From an uncultured Acidobacteriota bacterium (GTDB taxonomy: Bacteria > Acidobacteriota > Vicinamibacteria > Vicinamibacterales > 2-12-FULL-66-21): a stretch of 64,000 bases of DNA. Shown piece by piece: positions 30,924 to 41,722 of this stretch; positions within the stretch are counted from its first letter, which is position 1, and the number at the start of each line of letters is the position of its first letter. The stretch is taken from assembly GCA_963786195.1 (NCBI GenBank), contig CAWAYH010000009.1, positions 457,011-521,010 on the forward strand, given 5' to 3'. Made by a program: the position numbers and the translations under genes. The notes below the pieces were generated by a model. The model searched no databases. It worked only from the letters and a program-made list of their open reading frames with translations, and was not told the origin of the DNA.

Positions 30924-31054
30924 TTCCTGAGTTTTGAGCGCAGTTGTCCCGGCAGACACTTCGGCGACGCACAATTCGTGCCGCGCAAGACCCTGTGATT
31001 TGTGGGAGTTAGCCGATCCGGCCGACGACAGAAATTGCCTGGACACACGGATTT

Positions 31055-31084
31055 GGTGCTGAGGATGCCAGCACCCTCAGCACC
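31055..31084 (-). terminator. Hairpin downstream of flotillin gene (ggtgctgagg...cctcagcacc), embedded in three tandem 9-mers (c/t)tcagcacc
   Basis: 10-bp stem complementary pair directly 3' of the TGA at 31095-31097 on the minus strand. Followed by a weak AAAUCC tract. Confidence 0.35.
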
Positions 31085-31094
31085 TTCAGCACCT

Positions 31095-32906
31095 TCACCG
31101 ATCAGTTTTTTCACGGCCGCCGTCGTTCGCCAGCATGCGCGCCAGCACGGCGGTCACGAGCCCGTTGCCGCTCTCCCCGGACACCGCAATGTCCGGCACG
31201 AGCTTCACCTTGTTCTCGCCCAGGATCGACGCCAGCTGCATGGCCGTGTAGCCGTTCGTGCCGACGGCGTCGATACCCTGCTTGTAGGCCTCGGCCTTGG
31301 CGGCGCCCACGGCGCGGACGGCTGATGCTTCCGCATCACCGTTCAGCCGCACGGCCGCAGCCTGACCTTCGGCACGCAGGCGCACGGCGTTGGCGTCACC
31401 CTTCGCCGACTCGGCGGCGCCCAGCGCGTTCTGCTGAGCGATGCGCACCATCTGCTCGGAGCGCACGACCTCGCTCTGCAGATTCGCGACGGCGGTTTCG
31501 CGCTCCAGCGACTGACGTTTCACCTGCGCCTCGCGCTGCGCGTCGTACGTCCGCTCGAGCTCCGCGGCGATTTTGCGGTCCGTTTGCGTCTTCATCAGCT
31601 CGGCCGGAGGCGCGATGTCGCCAATCAGCGTGTCGATGCACTCCACGTCATACGCCTCGACAGCCTTCTTGATGTTGTCGAATGCCTCCCTCTGCCGATC
31701 CGAGCGCGCCGACAGGAATTCGAGCACCGAGACCTGTTGGGCCGAGTTGCGGAAGTAGTTGCCAACGGTCGGCTGCAGCACGTGGTCCACCAGGTTCTGC
31801 ATCGACCCGACGCGCGAGATCACGCGCGGCGCGTTCTTCATGCCGATGTGGATGATCTGCGACACGTCCAGGTTGAACGAGAAACCGTCCTTCGATCTGA
31901 CCTGGATCGACGACAGCCGCTGGTCGTACTGATGCGCCTCCGTCCGCTGCGCCCAGTTCAACACGATGTTCGTCGTCGGCACGAGCTCGACCTTCATCAC
32001 GCGGGTGTTGATCGGGTGCTTGCCTGGCAACAGGGCATCGTTCCACACGCCCTTGCGTCCCCGCTCGACGAGATCGCCGTGCGTGAAGTCCTCACCGGAC
32101 AGGTCGAGGTGCTCTCCGCCGACATAACTGACGACCACGCCGACGTAGCCAATCGGAATCTCGGTCAGCGACACCTGTTCGACCTTGACGAACCATGGGT
32201 TGAGGTTCCACGAACCTGACAGCAACACTTCCTCCTGCAACCCGCGGCAGCCGCCGGCGTCGATGAACGCCTGACCCCGCTGGAAGCTGCCGTGGCCATC
32301 GACCACGTGCCCGGCCAGATCGCCGGCGGGAATAGGCCGGCCGTCGAGCACCGTGACAATGCCGACGCGGTCGGGCGGGACCTGCGAGACGTGCAGATCC
32401 TCAACCTTCATGGCGTAGTCGCGCGCCGTCTCGGTCGTCACGACCTTGAAGAGCGCCGGGTTGATCCGGTACGCGCCGGCCGTCAGAAACGACAGCTGAC
32501 GTCCGCGCTCGCCGTGGTTCCGCAGAAACGCCTCCGCGTCCTGGTAGTGGTCGCACGCGATCTGACGTGCGAGCACGCGCTCGGCCGGAATCCCCTCGCC
32601 GTCGGCGGCAACAACCAGCGCGATTTCGCCCGGCCGCACGACGACGAGCGGCACTCTGCGGATCTTGTAGCGCCACCTCCAGTAGCCGAAGTGCCAGCCG
32701 GGCGGCAGCATACGCGCCTGATAGCCGGCCTCGCCGTTGAGCGCGATGACGCGCCCCGAGGCGAGCGGCGGGCCGAAGCGCTTGATGACCAGACCGGACT
32801 GGTTCTCGGCAATGACCCGCATGCCCGAGAGGATCAGCAGGAGCCCGGCCAGCAACGCGAACGTCACCAGCAGGATGTCGAGAATCGGCGACAACGTGAG
32901 CGACAT
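31095..32906 (-). CDS. SPFH/band-7 flotillin-like protein (YqiK family)
   Basis: TM helix MSLTLSPILDILLVTFALLAGLLLILSG, SPFH domain, long C-terminal Ala/Glu/Gln-rich coiled coil (..REAQVKRQSLERETAVANLQSEVVRSEQMVRIAQQNALGAAESAKGDANAVRLRAEGQAAAVRL..). Start taken at Met52 of the ORF-track entry. Confidence 0.8.
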   Translation of the reverse strand: MSLTLSPILDILLVTFALLAGLLLILSGMRVIAENQSGLVIKRFGPPLASGRVIALNGEAGYQARMLPPGWHFGYWRWRYKIRRVPLVVVRPGEIALVVAADGEGIPAERVLARQIACDHYQDAEAFLRNHGERGRQLSFLTAGAYRINPALFKVVTTETARDYAMKVEDLHVSQVPPDRVGIVTVLDGRPIPAGDLAGHVVDGHGSFQRGQAFIDAGGCRGLQEEVLLSGSWNLNPWFVKVEQVSLTEIPIGYVGVVVSYVGGEHLDLSGEDFTHGDLVERGRKGVWNDALLPGKHPINTRVMKVELVPTTNIVLNWAQRTEAHQYDQRLSSIQVRSKDGFSFNLDVSQIIHIGMKNAPRVISRVGSMQNLVDHVLQPTVGNYFRNSAQQVSVLEFLSARSDRQREAFDNIKKAVEAYDVECIDTLIGDIAPPAELMKTQTDRKIAAELERTYDAQREAQVKRQSLERETAVANLQSEVVRSEQMVRIAQQNALGAAESAKGDANAVRLRAEGQAAAVRLNGDAEASAVRAVGAAKAEAYKQGIDAVGTNGYTAMQLASILGENKVKLVPDIAVSGESGNGLVTAVLARMLANDGGREKTDR

Positions 32907-33088
32907 GAATGTCCTTCCTCCGGCGCAGATGCGTGCGCTGCCAGCCGAAGCAGCCCGAACCGCGCTGACGCCCGTTCGTGCATTCGCTGAGCCAGCGCCA
33001 ATTCGAGGCTTTCCGCCGGTTTTTGGGGCCAGGAAGGTGCCAGGCAGACCGAAGATCATGATTCAATTACTGGCATGACGGTGTTTAA

Positions 33089-34448
33089 ATGATGGTCATG
33101 CCCACTGTGACCTGGAGCGGTCCGGCGCCGTCCGCAAGGCTCAATGCCCTCCTGAAAAGGCGCAGGATCGAGGTCAGGCCGACACCGAGCGTCGGCACGA
33201 TCCGGATCGTTCGGACCCGCACGGGGACGCGCGCGCCGCGGGCCCCGCACGAGCCGCGCTGGATCTGGTGGTCGGACGAGCCGGTCACGCAGGACCGCCG
33301 GCTCGACGCGGTGCTGCGGGGCGCGTACGACGTCATCGACGGTCGCCTGGACGACGGCCCCGCCCTGCTGGCATCGCGGATCGAGGAGCTGCTGACGCCC
33401 GAGGCGCCGGTCCCGGCGACGGACACGCTCGTGATGGTGAGCGACGCCTCGCGGCGTGTCGTGACGCAGGTGGCGCGCGTGGCCGCGACCTCCATGCCCG
33501 TGCTCGTCACCGGCGAAACGGGCACCGGCAAGGAGCTCGTGGCCCGGCTGATTCACGCCAGCTCGCCTCGCAAATCGAAGGCCTTCATCCCAATCAATTG
33601 CGCGGCTATTCCGAACGAGCTGATGGAAGCCGAGTTGTTCGGGTACGCGCGCGGTGCGTTTTCCGGCGCGGTGCAGCGCTATGACGGTCAGCTCATGGCG
33701 GCCGCCGGCGGCACGGTGTTTCTGGACGAGATCGACGACACGCCGCGCGGAGACCCAGGTCAAGCTGCTCCGCGTGCTCGAAGACCGCGTCGTCAGCCGC
33801 CTCGGCGAGAACGTCTGGCACGAGATCGACTTCAGGCTCATCGCGGCCACCAACCGCGACCTGCGTCCGCTCGTCGACGCGGGCCTGTTCGGCGCTGACT
33901 TCTACGAGCGGCTCGCCATCGTGTCGATTCATCTGGTGCCGCTGCGGGAGCGCCTGGACGATCTTCCGGACCTCGCGCGCTACTTCATCGCGCGCTTTGG
34001 ACGCGAGCAGGGGCGGCCCGCGGTGACGGGCATCCGGTCCGACGCGATCGATCGACTCCGCGCCTATCCGTGGCCCGGAAACATCCGCGAGCTGCGCAAT
34101 GTCCTCTACGAGACGCTCGTGTACAAGCGCGCGGGCAACGAGATTCTCCTGTCGGATCTGCCGCGGCGAATCCTCAAGGGCGAATGGACGACGGACGCCT
34201 CCGCCGTCGATCGCGGCATCATCGCGGAGCGAATCAAGGGGGGCCGCATGAACCTCCGCGACGAGGTGGCCGGGCTCGAACGCGTCGCGCTCGAGGAGGC
34301 GCTGGCGCGCGCCGGCGGCAATGCGGCCCAGGCGGCGCGGTTGCTGGGCGCGGTCGGCCGTGGCGCCGCCCGTGATCCCGGCGGCACCGTCCGGGCGATG
34401 CTGCGACGACTCGGGCAGAAGAAAAGTGCCCGGCGACCAACCATTTAG
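33089..34448 (+). CDS. Sigma-54-dependent Fis-family transcriptional regulator (one frameshift near 33745); N-terminal domain receiver-like but atypical
   Basis: VLVTGETGTGKELVARLIH (Walker A), INCAAIPNELMEAELFGYARGAFSGA (GAFSGA variant of GAFTGA), GGTVFLDEIDD (Walker B). Continues in the next frame with ..LLRVLEDRVVSRLGENVWHEIDFRLIAATNRDL.. and ends in HTH NAAQAARLLG. Confidence 0.7.
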
Positions 34449-34484
34449 GGGAACAACCCCCCACCTGCTCTCGTCCAGTTCCCT

Positions 34485-36996
34485 GTGCTTCACGACCTCA
34501 AGATCGCTTTTCGTCTGCTGCTGAAAAATCCCGCGTTCACTGCTGTCGCCGTCATCGTTCTGGCGCTCGGCATCGGCGCCAACACGGCGGTATTCAGCCT
34601 GGTCAACGCGATGATGCTCCAGCCCACGGCCGCCGAAGGCCCGGGCATCGTCGGCATCTACTCCAAGGATCGGACACGGCCCGACAGCTATCGCGGGTTC
34701 TCCTGGCCGGACTACGAGCGCGTGCGCGCCAGCCGGGAGCCGTTCGACGCGGTCATGGCCCATAGCGTGACGCTCCTCGGCGCGACTGAAGGCGACACGA
34801 CGAGGCGCTCGTTATGCGCCATCGTGTCAGCGTCGTACTTCACGACGCTCGGCGTGCATCTCGTGGCGGGCCGCGCGTTCACGGCTGACGAAGAACGGCC
34901 GGGCAGCGATCAGCGGGTGCTGATCGTCGGGCACCAGTACGCGCGCAAGGCCGGAGTCGCGCCGGGCGACGTGCTCGGACGGACGGTCCGGCTCAACGCG
35001 CGTGACTACACGATCGTCGGCGTGGCGCCAGAGGGATTCGGTGGCACGACCGCACTCGTCGGAACCGAGTTCTGGGTGCCGCTCGGCGTCTACGACCAAC
35101 GTCACCGATGACATGTTCCGCGACGGCCGCAAGGAGCCGCTGGGCGATCCGCGAGCGCGCGCGCTGATGCTGGTCGGACGCCTCCGGCCCGGCCTCAGCG
35201 AGGAGGCGGCACAGCCACAGCTCGCCGCGTTATCGGCCATCCTCGAGCAGAGCGATCCCGTCGAGAACAAGAACCATGACCTGACCACCCATCGCCTGTC
35301 GCGACAGGCGATCAGCAACTCGCCGCAGGGTGCCGGCCCGACGGTCGTGCTGTCGCTGCTGCTGATGGGCACCGCGGGTCTCGTGCTGCTGATCTCGTGC
35401 CTGAACCTGGCCAACATGCTCCTCGCGCGCGGCTCGGCCCGCCGCAAGGAGATCGCGCTGCGTCTGGCGCTGGGCAGCGGCCGCAGCCGCGTGATCAGGC
35501 AGCTGCTGACCGAGAGCCTGCTGCTCGCCGCGCTCGGAAGTGCGGCTGGCCTGCTGCTCGCCATCTGGGGCACGCGACTGCTCGTCGCCTCGTTCGCCGC
35601 GGCGCTGCCGCTGGTCGTCACGTTCGAGGCACGGCCCGACTTCCGGGTCCTGCTGGCGACGATGTGCTTTGGCGCGGTGAGTACGGTGATCGCGGGTCTC
35701 GGGCCTGCGTGGCGCGTCACCCGTCCCGACGTGCTGCCCGATCTGAAGGAGCAGCCCGCCGATCAGACAGGCGGACGCCGCTTCAGCATGCGCAACGCGC
35801 TGGTCGTCGGGCAGATCGCGCTTTCGCTCGCGCTCCTCACCGCGGCGGGCCTCTTCATGCGCGGCGCGATCAAAGCGGCCATGGCGGATCCCGGATTCCC
35901 GCTCGAAGGCGGCGTCATCGCCAACATCGATCCCGGAATGGCTGGCTACGACGAGGCGCGCGCGCGTGGCGCGATCCGGCGCATCCTCCAGACCGTCCGA
36001 AGCACGCCCGGCGTCCAGTCCGCGAGTCTGGCGAGCCTCGTGCCGTTCGGCGAGTTCCAGGAGGGTGAGCGGGTGCAGAAAGCCGGGACGCCGCCCGCGG
36101 CCGAAGGCCAACCCGAGTCCGGCGTCCAGGCGACCTACACGATCATCGGCGCCGACTACTTCGAGGCGCTGCGGCTGCCGGTCCTGCGAGGCCGCGGCTT
36201 CACCGCGGCTGAAGAGGAATCGGCTGGCGGCGCGCCGGTCGTCGTGATCGACGAGCCCCTTGCCCGTCAGCTCTTCCCGGGCGAGGACGCGCTTGGACAG
36301 ATCGTGCAGTTCGCGCGTCGTGAAACGCCTGACGACACGCACTACACGATCGTCGGCGTCGTCGCGGGCGTCCGCCACGACTTGTTCGACAAGGCGCCGG
36401 TGCCGCACGTGTACGCGCCGCACGGCCAGCGGTTCCGCGCGAACGTCAACATCCACGTGCGTCTGGCCGGCGGCGGCCAGGCGGCCGAGATCGCGATGCT
36501 GGGGACGCTTCGTCAGACGATTCGCGCCCTCGATCCGGCGATCCCCGTGCTGCAGCTCAGAACGCTCGCGCAGCAGCGGGACAAGAGCCTCGCGCTGTGG
36601 GCCGTGAACGCCGGCGCGCAGCTCTTCTCCGTGTTCGGCGGTGTGGCGCTGCTCCTCGCGGTGATTGGCGTCTACGGCGTCAAATCCTATCTGGTCTCGC
36701 GGCGAACGCGCGAGATCGGGATTCGCATGGCGCTCGGCGCGACGCCAACCAACGTGATGTGGCTCGTGCTCCGCGAAGGCCTCGCGCTCACGTCCGTCGG
36801 CGTCCTGATCGGACTGCTGCTCGCCTTTGGCGTGGCGCAGGCGGTTGGCGGCATGCTGTACGAAGTCCGTGCGCTCGATCCGATCGTCTTCATCGCGGCG
36901 CCGATCGTGCTGTCCGCCGCCGCCCTCGCGGCGTCCTGGTTCCCCGCGCGTCGCGCGACACGCGTCCTTCCAATCACGGCATTGCGATCGGAGTAG
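34485..36996 (+). CDS. ADOP-family (MacB-like FtsX) ABC transporter permease; single frameshift near 35095
   Basis: MLHDLKIAFRLLLKNPAFTAVAVIVLALGIGANTAVFSLVNAMMLQP...; frame switch at ..FWVPLGVYD / NVTDDMFRDGRKEPLGD..; FtsX motifs LISCLNLANMLLARGSARRKEIALRLALGS and ..SRRTREIGIRMALGA; ends ITALRSE*. Confidence 0.75.
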
Positions 36997-37020
36997 CCTC
37001 GGCGCGACGGCTGGGCACTT

Positions 37021-38184
37021 GTGGGCCTGGAGCGAAATCCGCAACAATCAGCCATCAGGCACCTTCTCAAGCCCGTCCTCATCTGCTTTCTGATCGCGCT
37101 GGCCGTCTGGGTCTACGTCTACAAAGCGTCGCCTCGCATGCCCGACTTCGAGGTGTACTGGAAGGCCGGCTCGCGCGCCGCCGCCGCTGAGCCGCTCTAT
37201 CGCCCGGACGACGGGCATTTTCAGTTCAAGTATCTGCCGGCATTTGCCGTGCTGGCGATTCCGGTAGGCGTCATGCCGCTCGCGACGGCGGAAGCGCTCT
37301 GGTTCGCAACCTCCGTGGCGTTGCTGGTCGTGCTCATCAGGCTGAGTGTGAGACTCCCACTCGAGAAGAGGGTGAAGACCGGATTCCTCGTCGGCGTCAT
37401 CATCATCGCGCTGGGCAAGTTCTACGTGCACGAGCTCGTGCTCGGCCAGGTGAACATCCTCTTTGCCGTGGTGATCGCGATCGCGCTGCTTGCGATCAAG
37501 GCAGGTCGTGAGGGCCTGGCCGGCGCGCTCGTCGTACTTGGCGTCGTCATCAAGCCGTACGCCGTGCTCTTGCTGCCGTGGATCGTGGGCCGGGCCAGGA
37601 TGGCGTCCATCATGTCCGCCGGCGCTGCCGCGGCCGCCACGTTGCTGCTGCCAGCGCTCGTGTACGGCTTCTCCGGCGCCGCCGCGCTTCATCGCGAGTG
37701 GTGGAGAACCGTCACCGAAACGACCGCGCCTCAGATGACGGTCCTCGACAACGTCTCCCTGGCCGCGATGTTCTTCCGGTGGGCGGGCCCGGGCGCGTTG
37801 TCGGCGCGGCTCGCGCTCGTCACGGGCATCGTGCTGCTCCTGGTTGCAGCAATCGTGTTCCTGGCGCGGCGTGGTGTGCGGTTCCCCGAAGGGCTGGAGG
37901 GCGGCCTGCTGCTGACGTTGATGCCGCTCCTCTCTCCGCAGGGCTGGGACTACGTCTTCCTCATCGCGACGCCGGCGGTCGTGTATGTGGTGAACTACTC
38001 GGATGGCCTGCCTCGCTGGCTTCGGATCGTGACGGCCGTCGCGCTCGTGGCGATCGGATTGAGCCTCTTCGATGTGATGGGCCGGCGTGCGTATTCGATG
38101 TTCATGCGGATGTCGGGCATCAGCCTCTGCTTTTTCGTGGTGATTGGCGCGCTGGCGACCCTGCGCTTCCGGAAGGTCGCCTGA
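37021..38184 (+). CDS. GT87 / DUF2029-family integral membrane glycosyltransferase (alpha-1,2-mannosyltransferase-like)
   Basis: Intact 387 aa, roughly 10 predicted TM segments. ..FQFKYLPAFAVLAIPVGVMPL.. and ..VIKPYAVLLLPWIV.. are typical of the DUF2029/PIM-mannosyltransferase family. Confidence 0.65.
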   Translation: MGLERNPQQSAIRHLLKPVLICFLIALAVWVYVYKASPRMPDFEVYWKAGSRAAAAEPLYRPDDGHFQFKYLPAFAVLAIPVGVMPLATAEALWFATSVALLVVLIRLSVRLPLEKRVKTGFLVGVIIIALGKFYVHELVLGQVNILFAVVIAIALLAIKAGREGLAGALVVLGVVIKPYAVLLLPWIVGRARMASIMSAGAAAAATLLLPALVYGFSGAAALHREWWRTVTETTAPQMTVLDNVSLAAMFFRWAGPGALSARLALVTGIVLLLVAAIVFLARRGVRFPEGLEGGLLLTLMPLLSPQGWDYVFLIATPAVVYVVNYSDGLPRWLRIVTAVALVAIGLSLFDVMGRRAYSMFMRMSGISLCFFVVIGALATLRFRKVA

Positions 38185-38196
38185 TATCATGCCGTC

Positions 38197-40773
38197 ATGA
38201 TCCGCACGGCGGTCGTGACGATCGTGGCCGGATTGACCGGGATCCTTTCCTTCCCGCAGAGCGTGACCAGACCTGCTGACCCCGAACGCGGCATCCCGCT
38301 GACGCTCGCGGAGGAGCGGGCGAGCCGCATCCGCGATCTCGAGTACACCGTTCACTTTTCGATTCCGCCGGCGCAGACGGATGCCGTCACCGGACGCGTC
38401 ACGATGTCGTTCCGCCTGACGGATGCCACGCGTCCCCTGGCGCTCGACTTCGCTCCGCGTGAAGGCTTTCGCGGCGCCCGTTCCGGCACACGGCCCATCA
38501 CCGCCTACGTCGTCCCCGATCACCTCGTGATTCCCGCCGCGGAGCTGCGCGAAGGGCGCAACGAGATCACGATCGATTTCGTGGCGGGCAATGCGCCGCT
38601 CAATCGGAATCCGGAGTTCCTCTACACGATCTTCGTGCCGGCGCGCGCGCACCTCGCGTTCCCGTGCTTCGATCAGCCCGACTTGAAGGGCCGGTGGACG
38701 CTCAGCCTCGAGATTCCCTCGGGGTGGCAGGCGGTCGCCAACGGCGCGGAGGTCGGACGATCGGAAGCGGGCGGCCGCGTCAGCCTGACGTTTGCGAAGA
38801 CCCAGCCGCTGTCGACCTATCTGTTTGCGTTCGGCGCCGGACGCTTCTCGGTCGAGACGGCCGAACGGGCGGGGCGGACGTTCCGGATGTACCACCGCGA
38901 GACCGACGCCGCGAAGGTCGCGCGGAACCGCGACGCGATCTTCGACCTGCATGCGTCGGCGCTCGACTGGCTGGAGCGTTACACAGGGATCGACTATCCC
39001 TTCGGCAAGTTCGATTTCCTGCTCGTGCCCTCGTTTCAGTTCGGCGGCATGGAGCACGCCGGCGCGATCTTCTACAACGCCTCGGGCCTCCTCCTGGATC
39101 CGTCCGCCACGCAGAATCAGAAGCTGGGCCGCGCGAGCGTCATCGCGCACGAGACCGCGCACATGTGGTTCGGCGATCTGGTGACGATGAGGTGGTTCAA
39201 CGATGTGTGGATGAAGGAGGTCTTTGCCAACTTCATGGCGGCAAAGATCGTCAACCCGTCGTTTCCCGAGATCAACCACGATCTGCGGTTCCTGCTCGCG
39301 CACTACCCCTCGGCGTACGACGTCGATCGCACGCCCGGGACGAACGCGATTCGCCAGCGGCTCGACAACCTCAGCGAGGCCGGCACGCTCTACGGCGCCA
39401 TCATTTATCAGAAGGCGCCGATCGTCATGCGTCAGCTCGAAACGCTGCTCGGCGAGGACTCTTTCCGGGCGGGCCTGCAGCAGTACCTCCGCGCGCACCG
39501 GTTCGGCAATGCCTCATGGCCGGACCTCATCACGGTGCTCGACGCCCGCACGCCGGACGACCTCGCGTCATGGAGCCGCGCGTGGGTGGAGGAAGCGGGA
39601 CGGCCCATCGTCCGGACCGAGCTGAAACTGGAAGGCGGACGCATCGCGGGCCTGTCGTTCGTGCAGGCCGATCCCGCCGAATCGCGCGGGCTGGTCTGGA
39701 ACCAGCGGCTGCTGGTCACCGTCGGTCTGCCGGACGGCGTCCGCACGTGGCCGGTGCGGATGACGGGCACACGTGCCGACGTACCCGAAGCGCGCGGGCT
39801 GCCTGCGCCGCTCTACGTCCTGCCCGCGGGCGGCGGCATCGGCTACGCAGGCTTCGAGCTCGATTCCGCAAGCATCGCGTATCTGCTCGACCGACTGCCA
39901 GAGATCGCGGATCCCGTGACGCGCGGCGCCGCGTGGGTGACATTGTGGGATCAGATGCTCGATCGGCGGGCGAAGCCGTCGGCGTTCATTCAGCTGGCGC
40001 TGCGGGCCCTGCCTCGTGAAAGCGACGAGCAGAACGTTCAACAGGTGCTGACGTACACACGCCAGACATACTGGCGGTTCCTCTCCGTTCCGGAACGCGA
40101 CTCGGTGACGGCCGACCTCGAACGCGTGCTGCGTGCCGGCGTCGACGCGGCGAAGACCTCCAGCCTCAAATCGGCGTGGTTCTCCACGCTGCGCGACACC
40201 GCCCGTTCGGCATCCGTGCTGGGGTGGCTCGAACGTGTCTGGCGGAAGACCGAGGACGTCCCTGGATTGATCCTCGCGGAACCGGATTACTCGACGCTGG
40301 CGCTCGAGCTGGCGGTGCGTGAGGTGCCATCCTGGAAGGCGATTCTGGACGAGCAGCTGACCCGGATCGAGAACCCGGACCGCAAGGCACGATTTGCGTT
40401 CGTCCAGCCGGCGCTGTCCCCCGACCAGGCGGTGCGCGACGCGTTTTTCGCGAGCCTGAAGAACGTCGAGAACCGGCGGCGCGAGCCCTGGGTGCTCGAA
40501 GGGCTCAACTATCTCCACCATCCGCTTCGCGCGGCCTCGTCTGAGAAGTACATCCCGGTCAGCCTCGAGATGCTTGCGGAGATTCAACGAACGGGCGACA
40601 TCTTTTTTCCGAAGCGCTGGGCCGATGCGACGCTCGGTGGCCACAACTCCGCGACCGCGTCGGACATGGTGAAGCGTTTTCTGACGAGGCTGCCCGCAGA
40701 CTACCCGGATCGGCTGCGGCGGGTGGTGCTCTCCTCGTCGGACGATCTGTTCCGCGCGAGCGGCGCGCGCTGA
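38197..40773 (+). CDS. M1-family zinc aminopeptidase (aminopeptidase N-like), intact 858 aa
   Basis: GGMEHAGAIFY (GAMEN-like exopeptidase motif), HETAHMWFGDLVTMRWFNDVWMKEVFANF (HExxH-x18-E zinc site). N-terminal signal/anchor present. Confidence 0.85.
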   Translation: MIRTAVVTIVAGLTGILSFPQSVTRPADPERGIPLTLAEERASRIRDLEYTVHFSIPPAQTDAVTGRVTMSFRLTDATRPLALDFAPREGFRGARSGTRPITAYVVPDHLVIPAAELREGRNEITIDFVAGNAPLNRNPEFLYTIFVPARAHLAFPCFDQPDLKGRWTLSLEIPSGWQAVANGAEVGRSEAGGRVSLTFAKTQPLSTYLFAFGAGRFSVETAERAGRTFRMYHRETDAAKVARNRDAIFDLHASALDWLERYTGIDYPFGKFDFLLVPSFQFGGMEHAGAIFYNASGLLLDPSATQNQKLGRASVIAHETAHMWFGDLVTMRWFNDVWMKEVFANFMAAKIVNPSFPEINHDLRFLLAHYPSAYDVDRTPGTNAIRQRLDNLSEAGTLYGAIIYQKAPIVMRQLETLLGEDSFRAGLQQYLRAHRFGNASWPDLITVLDARTPDDLASWSRAWVEEAGRPIVRTELKLEGGRIAGLSFVQADPAESRGLVWNQRLLVTVGLPDGVRTWPVRMTGTRADVPEARGLPAPLYVLPAGGGIGYAGFELDSASIAYLLDRLPEIADPVTRGAAWVTLWDQMLDRRAKPSAFIQLALRALPRESDEQNVQQVLTYTRQTYWRFLSVPERDSVTADLERVLRAGVDAAKTSSLKSAWFSTLRDTARSASVLGWLERVWRKTEDVPGLILAEPDYSTLALELAVREVPSWKAILDEQLTRIENPDRKARFAFVQPALSPDQAVRDAFFASLKNVENRRREPWVLEGLNYLHHPLRAASSEKYIPVSLEMLAEIQRTGDIFFPKRWADATLGGHNSATASDMVKRFLTRLPADYPDRLRRVVLSSSDDLFRASGAR

Positions 40774-40896
40774 TCGGCACGCGTGCGTACAAACGAAAAC
40801 GCGGACGCGCTATACGCGCGCTCCGCGTCTCGTACGGATCCACGGATCTCTCGCGAGATCCGCGTGATCCGCGTCCCGTTGCCTTGGCAAGTGCGC

Positions 40897-40980
40897 TTAC
40901 GCCTGCTTCTTGCGCGAGCGGCGACGCAGCACGTAAACGGTGCCGATGACCCCAATCAGAATCGCAGACAGTCCGAACAT
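40897..40980 (-). CDS. Candidate small membrane protein (27 aa, single TM helix + basic tail)
   Basis: MFGLSAILIGVIGTVYVLRRRSRKKQA, with GGAGGG Shine-Dalgarno 7 nt upstream of the ATG on the minus strand. Located in the 420-bp gap between aminopeptidase and asparaginase-like genes. Confidence 0.3.
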   Translation of the reverse strand: MFGLSAILIGVIGTVYVLRRRSRKKQA

Positions 40981-41194
40981 GGTGATGCCCTCCGAATGGT
41001 ATCGGGGGAGGCAAGCGGAGTGCCGCGACTGCGTCCGGCGCGGCCTCGTCTGGCTAACCCCCGCACGCCCGGTAGTTTCCGAGGGGCGATCGTCGCCGCG
41101 GGGGACCGGCGGCTGCTGACAGATGCCGGGACGCTCGGACAGAATAGGGATTCCGATTTCAGATTTGTCGCGGCCGATTCCCAATATTGCACTC

Positions 41195-41722
41195 ATGAAA
41201 ATCAGAGTCCTGGTCACCGGCGGCACGTTCGACAAACAATACGATGAGCTGAGCGGACGGCTGTTCTTCAAGGACACGCACGTCCCGGAGATGCTGCGGC
41301 GCGGCCGATCCCGGCTCGACATCGACGTCGAGACCGTCATGATGGTCGACAGCCTCGATCTGGACGATGGGGGGAGATCGAAGATCGTCGCCGCCTGTCG
41401 CGCGTGCAGCGAACGGGCGATCGTCATTACGCACGGCACCGACACGATGGTCGAGACGGCGCGCACGCTCGCCACTGCCGGGCTGACCGACCGGACCATC
41501 GTTCTCACGGGCGCGATGATCCCGTTCGCCTTCGGCAGCTCGGACGGCCTCTTCAATCTCGGCAGCGCCTTGTCGTTCGCGCAGATCCTGCCCCCGGGGG
41601 TGTACGTCTCGATGAACGGTCATTACTTCCTTTGGGATCGCGTGCGGAAGAACACGCAAAGCGGAGTCTTCGAACCGCGGACAACCTCCGCGGACAACAC
41701 GGACAACACGGATACCACATGA
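41195..41722 (+). CDS. Asparaginase-family protein (N-terminal asparaginase domain only)
   Basis: MKIRVLVTGGTFDK (TGGTIAG-like threonine motif), ..ERAIVITHGTDTMVETA.. (HGTDT motif). Stop overlaps the aminotransferase start. Confidence 0.65.
   Translation: MKIRVLVTGGTFDKQYDELSGRLFFKDTHVPEMLRRGRSRLDIDVETVMMVDSLDLDDGGRSKIVAACRACSERAIVITHGTDTMVETARTLATAGLTDRTIVLTGAMIPFAFGSSDGLFNLGSALSFAQILPPGVYVSMNGHYFLWDRVRKNTQSGVFEPRTTSADNTDNTDTT

Noticed and set aside
37048-39498. Very long antisense ORFs: 816 aa at 37048..39498(-), 529 aa at 43010..44599(-), 454 aa at 57657..59021(+), 391 aa at 20798..21973(+), 393 aa at 9043..10224(+), and many 100-300 aa ones
   Set aside because: Arg/Ala/Gly/Asp-rich low-complexity translations typical of the non-coding frames of high-GC DNA. 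Each lies opposite a gene with strong, specific motifs (GT87 + M1 aminopeptidase, PntB, CelD-like acyltransferase, ADOP permease, OM barrel).
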